Assembly (NCBI GenBank): GCA_030704615.1
Contig: CM060732.1
Location: 56,854,001-56,918,000 of the forward strand
From: Takakia lepidozioides
Taxonomy: Eukaryota; Plantae; Bryophyta
Direction: 5' to 3'
Length of the DNA stretch: 64,000 nt
Below the pieces are notes generated by a model. It had not been told where the DNA came from. It ran no database searches and saw only the letters and a program-made list of their open reading frames with translations. Positions 49,924-62,604 of this stretch are shown in pieces (position 1 is the stretch's first letter; every line of letters starts with the position of its first letter). Both the position numbers and the translations under genes were made by a program.

Positions 49924-50523
49924 CTTTCCAAGCTCCTTTCTTCACTCCGACAAAGAGAACTTTAGGGCTTCTTCGAAAAAGTTCAAACTGTAGCACTTTT
50001 CAGAAAAATTCTGACGAACAGTTGCAGCGGCGAACCACCTTGCAGACGACGTTAACCAACAGGGGGCCAAGCCTCGGGTATGACCCTGGCAAGGCGGGCA
50101 ACCACTGGCCCTTTAACCCCGTCTTTCCTCCGAGAGAGGAGAGCACAAAGCAAAGCAGCCTAGCGAAAGAAGGAAGAAGACGATGGTGGTTTAGGGCTTA
50201 TATCTTCGCTGGCTATTGCCGGTGTTACCACCTGCTGTAGCCGGTACCCTGGGCAGATATCGGCGACGAAGCGTCGTCGTCAATAGGACGGTAAAATATC
50301 TTCGACGAGAACGTCATACTTCCGTCAACCGAGACTAAGAATTCGAATAGCCTCTATGGAGGTAACTTTATCGGTGTTAGTAAGGGGAGTAAGTAGTAAG
50401 TAGTAAGTCGCATGTTTCTTTGCAGAGTTGTTTTCCCGCCAGACGCTGTGCATGTCTGTCTGTCTTGCTCTCGTCTCAAAACTTCCTCTCTGCAATTTTG
50501 TTGGTTGAAGCTTGAAGCCAGGG
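49924..50523. promoter_or_regulatory. Compact divergent (bidirectional) promoter region, RPP0 / CYPRO4
   Basis: The start codons of two head-to-head genes are 600 bp apart. Telo-box-like tttagggct at ~49960 and ~50190. Confidence 0.6.
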
Positions 50524-53500
50524 ATGGGGACCGCACAAAGCCGTGAAGGGAGGCTTGATTCAGACGAGGAGTCGGAGCCTGATTCGCCAACAGAAAGTTC
50601 GAGATCTTTGCATTCTCTTGGGGAGGAAACTCCAAGTGAGCACTTCAAGAGCCCCAGCTCTGTTACCAAAGATGAGCCAAACCTGAGTTCAATGCTGGGA
50701 TCCCTATCCTTGCATGCAATGGCAGAACCGCAACCACTGGTCAAACTCTACAAGCACATTGGGGGCAACAGTGCAAGTGCGCAGTGGGTTGTTGCTGACA
50801 AGCTGGTTAGCTGGGAGTTTGTGAGAGAGCATGATGAAGAGGATGAAGAGGAGGATGAGGATGAGAAATGGAGGGGTTCTACTACCGGGAATAAGCTTTT
50901 TAAGAGCTGGTTGTTGATAGTGGGCGACAAAATCAAGGCCAGGGTCGATGATGGCCTGCAAATGCACTTCATGGATGACCAGATGCGTGCAGATTTCGTA
51001 CGAAAGGGAGTTTGGGCACTGAAATTCCCGAAAAAGGAGAATTACGAGGACTTTGTGACAGAGTTCCAGAATTGCAGGTAATATCCCAATCCATGTTGTG
51101 GTTGGTGATCACAGGCCATTTGCTGTTCGTGTAATATGGAGCTTTTTGGGAAGGCATAGATGACAACAAGGAAGAGAGGGGGGTCTGCAGGGCTTAGGTA
51201 GCCTTTGTAATTCAGGTGGTCTGGTAAGTATCTATTTATTTTTCAGTTGTCTTCTCTGCACCTGCCAGACAGCATGCCAATGATGAATCATCGACTGGCT
51301 TGTCTGAGGTGTACCTGAACTTCCACTCTCTTTAAGTGCACTTGACAGTAATATGAACTTGTCGGGATTCTTTTCAGGTTTGAGAATACATACTTTTTGG
51401 AAGCAACTGAATCCAACAAAATGAAGGTATTTGGAAAGGATTTCATGGTGTGGTCCAAAGGCGAAGGGGAGGATGAGTCCATCTGGGAGGATGCAGAAGA
51501 GTCACTCAAGCAACAGACCTCTGCTGTAAAAGCCAAAGAGCTGAAGGAGACATATCATGAGCCGTCAAAGCTCAATATCCAAAGTTTAACAATGGGGGCT
51601 CTTGACCACAGTTTTCTTGTCAGTGATTCGGGACTTGATGTACTTTCCAATCTTCCGACTGGACTTCATGGAAAAGGTGTAACCATCCGTTTTCAAGAGG
51701 GTCATAAGGGGGGTACCTCCCCTTTTCTAACACCTAAGAAAGGCATGCTGATGAGAGGAGAAAGTAACATGATGCTACTTAGTCCAGCTAAGGATGGAAA
51801 GCCCCACGCAGGAGGGGTTAGCCAGCTGGATATTGGCACCGGAAAAATAGTCAGTGAATGGAAATTTGAGAAAGATGGTACTCCAATCACAATGCGTGAT
51901 GTTACAAACGAAAGCAAGGGCTCACAATTGGATGCTGGAGGGTCTACGTTTCTGGGTTTGGATGATAACCGGCTGTGCCGCTGGGATATGCGTGACAGGA
52001 ATGGAATCGTTCAGCAGCTTGGCAGCCCAGCTGCCCTTAACTGGTCCGAAGGCCACCAGGTACACTTGATTTATCTGTTGCCTCTTGTTACACTTGGGTT
52101 AGTTCGGCAATTGTATGTCTCCACTTGGAATAGTATTTACGTACTTACTTTTGCCCAGGTTTTGTCAGCTCTTCTGCTGCTTCATAATCAATCCTCAGTG
52201 GAAGTTGAAAGTTGCTGTCAGAGTTTCTGGAGTGTGGTGGCCATGGCCTAAATTTCTCCTGGATGTTTCCTGTGTATGAGCAATTAAAAAAAGCTCCAGG
52301 AAAGCAAGGTTAAATGCATATTCTTAAACAAGTCCAAAGACTTCATTCATTTCTGACCGTGTAAGTTCAACTGCTGTTCTTGCAGTTCTCCCGGGGGACA
52401 AATTTTGAGTGTTTTGCAACGGCTGGTGATGGGGCTGTGGTGGTGGGCTCCCGGGATGGAAAAGTGCGGCTATATGGGACGACGTCCATGCGTCAGGTGT
52501 GATTATGGCATTACAGTCCCTTCAATTGGCATAATTACTGTCTTCCCTATTGTTTGATGTTTGCACAAGGACTCAGATTTAGTGGCACCAGACTGCAGAA
52601 CTCCTCTGATGTTAAGTTTCTTTTGTCTCCTATCCTATTACAACGTTGTGTGGCAGGCCAAGACAGCATTCCCTGGACTCGGGTCCCCCATCACTCATGT
52701 TGATGTGACCTATGATGGAAAGTGGGTACTCGCAACCACGGACACCTACTTGATTCTCATCAGCACGGTGTTCAAAGACAAGGATGGTAAATCAAAGACG
52801 GGATTTACTGGCCGCATGGGGAATCGCATTGCTGCACCAAGGCTACTGAAGCTCAACCCTGTTGACTACCATGGTGGGCAGGCACAAAAATTTCACGGAG
52901 GTCAATTCTCTTGGGTAAGCTCCTGTAAAACAAGTTCAATGAGTATATTCCCCCCTCTCTTAACCTCTCTTTCACCTCTCTTGCTTCAACTGCCAACATC
53001 TTTCAAAGTGCCCATGAGACATGCCCAAAGAGTCTCTCTATATTTGCACGATTGTTTCTGGATAGACCCCATACACATTTTGGACAGGAAAGAATGGGAG
53101 GGAGAGCAGGAGGATGGGGAGAGATGTACTTGGTGTCCTATGGAGTTGTACTGTGTCATTAGATTTAGACAGTAGAACGGAGCAGAATAGCAGCCAGTAC
53201 CCATTGCTGATGGTTTGCTACAGTAGTGTAATGCGACCTCATAAATGAAGTTGGTTCTGACCCTCCATATCTCTGACAACCCGTGGCACAATGTATTTCA
53301 ATAATCTGCCCAAGAATTTTCCCAAGGAGATCCATAATACGATATTACAATTGTTGAGACTTTCAAAAAGATTTTCTTACCTCTGGTCACTATGGGGTGT
53401 CTCATTGGTTCAGGTTACAGAGCAGGGTAAACAGGAGAGGAATCTGGTTGTGTCAGTGGGTAATTTCACCGTCCTATGGAACTTCCAACTTGTGAAGGAT

Positions 53501-54021
53501 AGCCACCATGAGTGCTACAGGTACATATCCCGAGCTTCTTTTTGACAGTGTTGATAGACTGATTACCACTCAATGTTGTTATGGTCTAAGGTTTGTGTGC
53601 TAGCTTTAACAGCCCATGGAGATGTCAGACACATAGGCCTACATTGGAGATTACACTAGGTCCAGCTGCAACTTTGGCAAATGCCTAACTATATTGGGTG
53701 TCTAGGCACCTTGGTCTGAGAATTTGGCACGAAAACAAGCGACCATGAAAGTCTTTGCTACCAAAATGAAGCGGCACCAAAAGATGCATCTATTTAGCCA
53801 TTCTTCTTCTAACTCCCCTTGTGTTTCTTCTATCCTTGTGCATTGCTGACTACAGACATCAGACGGGCCTTAAAACATGCTACTGTTACAAGGTGGTGCC
53901 CAAGGACGAGTCCATTATCGAGAGCAAATTTATGCATGACAGATTTCTCCAGTCATGTGATACCCCAGAAGCTCCATTGGTCGTTGCAACCACCAGGAAT
54001 GTGAGCTGTTTCAACATATAG
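50524..54021 (+). CDS. CYPRO4: CYPRO4 / VID27-like WD-propeller protein, 6 exons
   Basis: Exons 50524-51077, 51378-52059, 52386-52496, 52657-52914, 53414-53520 and 53856-54021. Motifs [65 protein letters not shown] and [13 protein letters not shown]. Confidence 0.93.
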
Positions 54022-55186
54022 CTGGCAGCTGATATTGCTGCTGATGTCTATTAGTAGTTCTGTAAAGACATCATTTTTTCCTTTCTCGTTTTATCATTCT
54101 TAGTTGCTCATTCAATTCGCATTGGCTGTAGCTTGTAAGTGTTTTGCAGAGGTTTCTGGGTTTGAGGTCAAGAAAGCTTTGATACAATATTACACAAGAT
54201 ACAACATTTGTATCATGGAATGTCCAAGGACTTTCATATGTGACAAAGGTCCTTATCTTTCATTCGGTTCATTTGGTGCATCCAGTCACAATCCAAACCG
54301 TGCCTGATAGATGGATTAGAGTTCATTAATTCTGAATTGGACTTGTTTGGGCTGGTCATGAGGGGAACACTTCATATTCTTGGTACATTCTCCAAAAGCT
54401 AGCAAAGTGCCACCCATCAAGGGAAGGGGTTTAACTCCCAAGTCCTATCCAGGATTTCACAATTGCTGATTGCTACTTTCTGGAGTGATGCCACAGCTGT
54501 GAATGCTTCATAACCTTTGGTGCAGCTTGTCTTTGCTATTATCCAACCTTTTCTCGGGGCTAGTCAAGGAAATACGATTCATAATATTACTGAACAGGCT
54601 TTGCATAGATTACTCTTGCATCTTCCTTGTGTTGTCCAGAATTTCTGGGCTGTGAAGAAACTTGACTCTTGTCATGGGGTTAGCTGTGAATTGTGATCAG
54701 TAGTGGATGAACCTAGTTTCGGCCCACCTGTCTCCTTAGTCTGGGCATGGGCAGCATCTCCTGCTGACATCAGCATCTACTGATCACATCATATCACTAC
54801 AAGCATGGGCAGTTGTGTAAGAATCAGTCGCCTCCAGCACCAGCCAGTGCCCAGTAGCAGAGTGCGTAAACAGGGCCTGCTGTCTATATTAATGCTCCAA
54901 ATACTTGTGTAGAATATCTTGGCCATCGTCTTACTTATGTCATTCTCCTCGGGCAATGAGGTACCGAAATACACAGGAAATACAGCTTCTCAAAAAACAC
55001 AAAAGAATTAATTAGAAGCAGTCAAAATTCGGATCAGAAGATGTTGTACATTTAAACTTAGCCTTTCTTGTAAGCCACTTCAAAGAAAATTCAACAACCA
55101 CAAATCAATATGTGAGCCACCAATATTTCCTACTCTACAACCTCTATCTCACGGATATACAAGCAAAGATGAGGGAGAGAAAGAGA

Positions 55187-58100
55187 TCACATGTAATGAA
55201 CAGGGGCACCACCATTGGACGGCCCATGCATCTGCTGATATGGTGGCCCAAGATGAGGATTCGGAGGGCCTCCTAAGGGGAGAATGCCGTGAACCATCCC
55301 AGGGGGCTGGCCGACCATTGGTGCCATTGAAGAGAGAGGTCCAGGCATCCCACTTCCAGGGGGGCCTTGATAGTAGCCTCCTGGCGCCGGTGGTCCATGG
55401 TGTCCTTGGAGTACAGGTCTGCTCCCAGGAGGTCCACCTGGCAGCAGAGGACCACTGTAAAGCTGCTGCCCAGGCTGGGCCATGAGCTGAGGGCTTGATA
55501 CAGATTGGCCACTACTTTGATCATATTCCCACATCTGCTGATGCTGGCCAGCTCCCGGATCAGTTGGGGGAGGGCGGACCACTCCTGCTGTATACTGGGC
55601 CCCAGGGTACCCTCCTACACCGGTGGAGGCTTGCTGTACATTGTCAACAACAGCAGTGCCTACACCAGGTGCCTGGCCCAGAATGGGTGGCTGGACAGGT
55701 GGTACACCAGGGTTAGTGTAATCCCGACTCCTATCATTGCTTACCTGCACACATGACGTGGTTGCACTGCAGTCAGTCACCACCCTTAAGCTGGTGGATG
55801 AGAGAAGAGAACCTTTGTTGATCAAACTCCTTCCACATCAAGACAACTCGAACGAGATCAGGGGAGCTGGAAAAACTCCCATGTCAAATCTGAAGATATT
55901 TCTCGAAAGGTTTTCAAGGTCACAGCCTCGGATAGGCATTGAGTGACATCTTTGCAAGTAACCCAACCTGGAGGTTTTCAGACACTGCATCACACTGGCA
56001 AGGTCTGCAACATAAACGTCCTGACAAAAAGGCAATCATTTAACCTTAACTAGAAGTATCTGCTCAATCATATGAGCCTGCATGGGCATATGAAGGACAT
56101 GAGCGTGAAGTGTGCAGAACTGATGGCCTCAAACTTTGAAAATGGCACATGACAGGCAAACATGTGACCAAGCTCGTGAATTGCCACACAACTAGTTCCC
56201 ACCAACGCAACCAGCACTCGTGCCACCATGTCAGTCTCACGTTCTCATGCAACAAAGTTTCATGTTACAAGCATGGCTTCTTGCCAGACACCCAAATGAC
56301 AGACTCCTGTACCATGCTTTTTAGTGTCAATAGTGGTGAGGGTGTTCCTGACACAATACCCCTGGATATTCAAACCGACATCACTGGCTTTTGCATACGG
56401 TTTCTAAGAAAGCCATAGCAGTATATCTGCCTCAACAACTCGCTCACCATCAAGTGTTTCAGTTCTAATGAGCTACAGGAAAGCGTAATCCTTAATATGA
56501 TGCCATAGACTTTGTCATTCATCCCAGATCATCATCAGACCGTAATGGCAAAGCATCCCCCTGAAAGAGGTTGACATGTTGCCATCCTCAAGACAGGCGA
56601 TACACACTCTCTAGCCTACAGCCAGGAGAGGATGACATGCCAGTGTGAATCCTTTGAACTCAGCATAGCACCTTGTTCAAACAATTCAACGCCTGGACAG
56701 GCCAGCCTATCCTGAGGATATACATACCTATACCAAGGGGCACAATACCTTTACATTTAGGTCAGTGTGTCGAGAGTATGAAAGATGAAGCTTGCAGTAG
56801 CCACCATCGTAGATGCAATGCCCCTCGAGTGCCTCCTTGGCAGCGACAGCAGTTGGTATATCTGATCAACCACCCAATCTTTGCATTAATGTCCCAGATG
56901 CGTCATTGTATTCCTTGAAAGGACCTTAACAATGATGGCCACCAAGCATTGGTACAAAAGTTCTCATATTACTCACCCTCATGACCCTACCACCCTTCAA
57001 CCATAATGCAATCATCGGTAGGATGCTGACACAGCAGGTATCATTCAAATTCATCTGAATGGTCTAAGCGGCAGGCACATGAGCAGCCACCTCATCAACC
57101 TATTGTGGATGACAACCCCACAAAACATTGACAAGTTTGTTACAGGGCTTGCCAACCACCACCCCTCCAAAAGCACAGACTCACCTGAGCTAGAAACGGC
57201 GTCAAAAAAGGGTGATGTTAGGTAGGAGTACCTGGATACTGTATTAAAGCCTGAAAACCAGCACTTTTCTCAAATATGGCTATCTTTTGAACAGTCCCAA
57301 AAGCTGAGAAGACCTGGATCATGATGGAAGCAGGTCAATAGAACTGCTTTGCACAGTAATCCTTACAGTTGGCAGGCCTTTAAACTGTATGTAGGTTGTC
57401 TTTCACAGTAAGCACGATGATAGGGCCGCACCACAAGAACATAATGCAGACTAAAAGTTCAGTAACTAGTCGTCTATCTGAGTACCAGCCTTGCTAATAA
57501 AAATACAAAGTTTCAAAAGGCAAAGATATGATTCATCCAGATGGATTCAACTGCCAACCTCACAACAATGCTTTACCTCCACGCACCGAAGAGGGTGATT
57601 GGGCCAAGTGAGGATAAGTTTATACATATGCTTGGACATGAGAACATAAGGAGGAAACCAATGTCCACGAATCTTGAAAAGATAAAACCAGAGTAACAGC
57701 TCACCGTATGTAGGACATCCAGGGTGACAGCATACTGCATGTTCTCGATGGAGACCAGCAACACATTGCTTTCAGGCTCCCTTCTCTTTCCATCTGGCCC
57801 AATGCTAAACTGTTGCCAGCAGCTCAAACAGAGACAGCACAATTAGTTCCCAAAAGAAGCAATCTCAACTGCATTCCTACCTTCCAAACAGCCTATAACC
57901 ATCAAGATGCTACTTTTGCTCTCAACCATCTGCAAAAGGGTTCATGCAGAATAAACCTGACCTGGCCACTGCCATCGATAGCAGATGGGGCGACTGGAAG
58001 GTATGGATTGGTGTAGTCCCTGTGACAAAAGAGAAAGGTGATGAGTTGGTCTACTTTGTCAGACATATTTGAGAACCAGCAGTACACTTTCAATCACCTA

Positions 58101-60955
58101 CTGATGTACCTGCTTCGATGACTCTGAAACTTCACATTGAGGTCAACGTGCGCGGAGAATGATATTCGCAAGTGGCAAAGCCCCACATGATCTGGGAGAA
58201 GATACCTGTGGTTCACAAAGTACACAGTTGGTAAGCAGATGATCTTGATCACTTTCTAGAGGGATGGCTCAGGGAGTGTTGAGAATGACCAGGTCTTTCC
58301 TATAGAGGCAATGCTGTTCTAACAACCTTCAGTTGGGCAGCACCTAAAATCCACAAGGTTGAAAGGGTGGAAGCGTTTCCCGAAGAACTCAAGAACTCAA
58401 CAAAACAACAAGATTGACTAGTAACAATTGGAACGTCTCTAAAAAACCATGCCAGTGGAGCTCCTTACACACAGATCCCTATCTCCCAAAACATGCTGCA
58501 ACAACAATAGTTACCTTGGAATACTTCGCCCTTCAAGGGCTGATTTGGCTGCAGAAGCTGTATTTGCATCACTGAACTGCACCAGAGCCTGTGCCACAAC
58601 ATTTCTTGACAACTTCAGCAGATGACCGTAAGATAGAAACAAATGCCCATGAAGAGAACAAAACCTTGTATAAGACCAGTACAGAAAATGCCACTTAAAT
58701 GCACTTGCGTCAGCCCTGCTATATGAAGGTTTTCAATAACAGACACATTTGTTTCTGGGACTCAAAACCACACAGCTGCACTATGGCTTTGGTTTGACTC
58801 CCAAGGTTAGTAGAGTTTTCCAACTTCAAAAAATCTCATCACCATACAGCATAGTTAAGGAGGTATACCACCAAAGAACATCAAAATGGGTTTGAGTGTG
58901 GAATACAACCAATTGACAGCAAAGGCCTCTCACCATAATACACACCTGGAAGCCAGCGCTCTTCTCAAAGGTTGCAATTTTATGAACAAAACCAAAAGCA
59001 GAAAAAACCTGCAACAATTTGGTGTCACAGGATTAAGCCTTGCTTAGTGTATCACACCTGTCCTGTCAATCCCAGTTGAAAAATGTGTGAAAACCAGAGC
59101 CTTGCAATCCAATGACTTGCACAAATGTTGCCAAATTACACTGCGACTTGGGGCACTTCGAGGGAATCAGCATCCATTGACAGCCGTAAGAATGGAAAAC
59201 AACAATTGAGCTGGGATTTGTAAATCCATGCACACTTAAGTTGGAACTTTTGCAAATCTGTACACGGGAGTCAGTTTGCAATCCATTGACAACTAATTTC
59301 AGCTTTTGCAAATCTGTGCACAAGAGCCAGTCTGCAAAACTGATAACCTACTGTCTACAGATTATGTTGGTCGTTAGCTACATTCACAGTACACAGCACA
59401 CACAAATGCAAACACGGTAAACGGGCATTTCCTGACAGACTAGTGCCTCAACAAGAGACATGAAACGTAAGATACCAGACCCAGATCACACAGCCATTAC
59501 CATCGAGCTTGTGTCAGAAAAAGTGCTATTTCATTAGTGGACAAATAAAAATCCTTACATACAGGTCAGAGTGAGCTATAGACGTTCAGTTCAATCTATC
59601 AATCATGCTTCTGGTAGGACACAGAGATTCACCCCAAAAAGCTTGATTCCCCAACTACAACTCGGGACCTACGAGGAACTTACTAATACTGGTAAAGGTG
59701 TAATGGTGCACACAAGGTCAACCCTTGGCAAATTCCTGGCACAGAAATTAGCTTTAAAAAAAGTGGCAGGAGGGCTTATGGGGCTGAGGGAAAGACGAGG
59801 GAGAGATCACTGAGATGAATCCACATCAATCTCAAGTTGTCAGGGGGTTAAGGTTCAGAGGAGGAGGGTCGAGAGGCGAGGTTAAGCAAGGGGAGGATAA
59901 CAAACACACATGCGCTTTCTCCCCTGCAGCAGGCTGCCATCGAGGATGTGGCCGTCACATGGACCTGCTGACCCATGTAGTGTAAGTCAATCACAATCCA
60001 TGAGTCCACCAAAACCCCATGAAGTACAGCTGAAATTTCACATCATCAAGCTAAGCCTAAGTGAATCCCATTCTCAGTGAATGTGAAACCTTGTGACATG
60101 ACGTTCTAAATCTGAATTGTGCTTGGAGACACAGATTCACTTGCACGATTTTTCTGGAACCTTTTCCCAACCGCAACAATACTTATGTCGTTACTTAAAA
60201 GGAAGTTGACCTTACCAGATGCAAAACGTCAATGCTGACATCGCCAGCCTCTACGCCCTCAATAGTCACCAGCAGTACATTGCTGGCAACATCCCCAGAG
60301 TTTTTGGTGGTAACAATTTCTTGCCTGTTAGAGTACTGTAAGTATACAGTCTTCCCTCGCACTTGAGCTGGTTCAGAGGAAGATGCATAGTAAGACACCA
60401 TAGAAATTGCTTGGTTCAGTTCAGCCTGCAAGCACCAGATCGATTCAGCAAAGAAGCAAAGAGACACGACATCTCTCTCACAGTCGTGACTCAAGCGACT
60501 TCTCAGAAAATATCAAACAATTTGAAGCCAACCACAAGACAGCACATGCCATAAATTGGGCGTGAAGTTAAGGCATTAAGACATTATGCCAAAAGAAATG
60601 CTCAATCTCACAAACAGGAAACCCTAACGTATACCATTTGTGAATTACTGTACGCTCGGCAGAGTACAGGTACAACCTGAAGAGCGACACAGGGATGCAA
60701 CAAACCCGACATCTCGCAAGATAGCCCAAACAATCCATACAACGGCGAAAGTATTCAGCGAGCACTTACAAACTCTATGAATGCCTGGTTGTGGTTGGCC
60801 CCGACATTGACCTTGGTGTTGACAACTTTTCCAAACGGCTTGCACAGCTCGATCAGCTCCTCCTCACTACACTCCCAGGGCAAGTTCCTCACATGAAGCA
60901 CTTTGGAGGGCGGCTGCGTATACCGGAACTGTTGCTGCGACGCTGTGGAAGTCAT
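55187..60955 (-). CDS. PTB: Polypyrimidine tract-binding protein, plant PTB1/PTB2 type (3 RRMs + P/G/Q-rich tail), 10 exons
   Basis: Exons 60955-60770, 60425-60216, 59008-58946, 58588-58515, 58205-58110, 58019-57962, 57809-57705, 57313-57232, 56861-56749 and 55744-55187. Motifs QFRYTQPPSKVLHVRNLPWEC, VFSAFGFVHKIATFEK, EGHCIYDGGYCKLHLSYSRHTDL and NDRSRDYT. Confidence 0.96.
59684..59735 (-). other. Candidate PTC-containing cassette (poison) exon in PTB intron 2
   Basis: CU-rich tract, gctaat branch site, ttctgtgccag|GAA TTT GCC AAG GGT TGA (in-frame stop) and donor TATTA|gtaagt. The exon is 52 nt. Confidence 0.65.
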
Positions 60956-61114
60956 CTTGTTCAGCAACGCTCCCTGCTTCCTTCAATCTCCTCCTCCTCC
61001 TCCTCCTTCCAGTAAGCCTGTGTGACTTGTGCAGCGCAGCTGGATTGCACTACTTAGCGTGCGGTGATGCTCCTAACTGCCATGGAAGCACCGCGTCCTT
61101 CTGTGGAAAGCAAC

Positions 61115-61304
61115 AAACCCTAATCGTTCGGCCGGTCTATTGGATTTTTTTTTCCCCCAATAACAAATTAGAAGGTATATATTTTTATTTTTAGTTTTTA
61201 TTGTTAGTTACTGGGAGGGAAAGGCTGCAAGGGAGGTACGTAGAACGACAGGACTGATCAGGGCTGTCGTAGGGTCGCTTGGGATTGGGAGGGGTTTAGG
61301 GTTT
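61115..61304. promoter_or_regulatory. Two telo-boxes upstream of PTB
   Basis: AAACCCTAA at 61115-61123 and TTAGGGTTT at 61296-61304. Confidence 0.55.
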
Positions 61305-61668
61305 TTGTTTATGTTGGCGTAGGCAGCTTCATTTATGTGCTCTCTGCTTATGCCAAAGATTAATTGGCTCTTTATTGCTAAAGAACGGCGGCATTGGTGA
61401 ATTCGTCAGAGTCTGGTGCTCCCGTTCCTCCCTTATTGAATCTACAGTCAGATCACTCGAGCTCATCCACTCTTTCCAGCGCTTCGCGAGGACCTTCAGA
61501 TGTGTGCTTGAGTCGGGAACTAAGGGTAAGGAAAGGCGGGGGAGAGGAGGCAGAAAGGCGCCATCGATAGGCTAGCAGGACGCAGCCATATATTCCACTT
61601 CGGGCAAACGGTCAGTAGAATTCCAGTAGCCTGAGTTCTCTTCTGCAGAAAGGAAGCGGTGGGGTGGC

Positions 61669-61760
61669 TCTCTAGAGATTAAATTGTCCTCTCTAGAGAT
61701 GTCATGAAATTCAGGACATGAAATTGTCCTCTCTAGAAATTGTCCTCTCTAGAAATTGTC
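61669..61760. repeat. 16-bp minisatellite (aaattgtcctctctag)
   Basis: Three full copies and partial copies. Confidence 0.85.
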
Positions 61761-61916
61761 CAGCTAGGTTTTGAATAATTATATGCTAGCCCCAAATACC
61801 TCCGATGATTGCCACTCTACATCAATACTCCATATCTCATCAATGAAAATATAAAAGTCTTCATTGCCCTTTGAGATTATCTTTTCGTCTAATTTGATCT
61901 TCCAACTCATTTTTCC

Positions 61917-61942
61917 TATATATATATATATATATATATATA
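61917..61942. repeat. (TA)n microsatellite
   Basis: Run of TA dinucleotides immediately left of the MITE TSD. Confidence 0.95.
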
Positions 61943-61952
61943 GGAAGACAAT

Positions 61953-62604
61953 GCTTCTCATTGTTGAATAATTGGGAGTTCAAGGCTCGTGTGTGTGCCA
62001 GGCATCGGCCCATGCACGGACCTCAGGCCCCCTGGGTGGCCCCGCCGCGACCCATGACCTGGGCCCGGGTGGGTTTGCTGCGAAACTCGGCTTGGTGGGT
62101 CTGTCGCGAGGATGGGTCTGCGGCGAGGTAGGGTCTGCTGCAAGGTAGGGTCCGCAGGCCCTGACCCTAGGCGGCATTGGGGCTGACTGTGGCTGTTTTC
62201 TTAACAGATAAAAAAAAATGATGGGGTAGTAGCAAGAAGCGGGTAGTGTGATGGTTATATTGAGTAGTATTTATGAGGTTGTCAACTTTGGCTGCGCCAA
62301 ATGTGCGTTAATGATGGTTCCGGCTGGCGCTGCATGTGTATTAATGACCCCATTTTTTATGGGCGAGTTTTCCCGCAAAAAATTCTAAGTCTCGCGGGAC
62401 GGGCTGCGGCGCAACGAGCAGACCATTCAGTTCGACCCAAGACCCGCGAGCAGACCCGACCTACCAGCTGGGAGCAGACCCTACCCTGAGTGAGCAAACC
62501 CGGACCTGCCGGGTGGTCGCGGGGGCGCTCGACGTCCTTGCATGGGGCCGCTGCCTGGTGCACATGAGCCTTAAACTCCCAATTATATTTTTAAAATGAG
62601 AGGC
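61953..62604. mobile_element. Non-autonomous MULE / MITE (652 bp) with 9-bp TSD
   Basis: Perfect TSD GAAGACAAT at 61944-61952 and 62605-62613. Imperfect TIRs gcttctcattg..ataattgggagtt.aaggctc and gagccttaaactcccaattat..ttaaaatgagaggc, with inverted similarity extending inward. No coding capacity. Confidence 0.9.

Noticed and set aside
51397-53175. ORF-track extensions of CYPRO4, and similar extensions for RPP0 (47709-48278) and PTB (55187-55825)
   Set aside because: They are intron read-through. Canonical GT-AG sites give continuous conserved proteins.
55838-56035. Possible extra PTB exon
   Set aside because: Exon 56861-56749 joins 55744 in frame with the conserved sequence, and this ORF has no PTB similarity.
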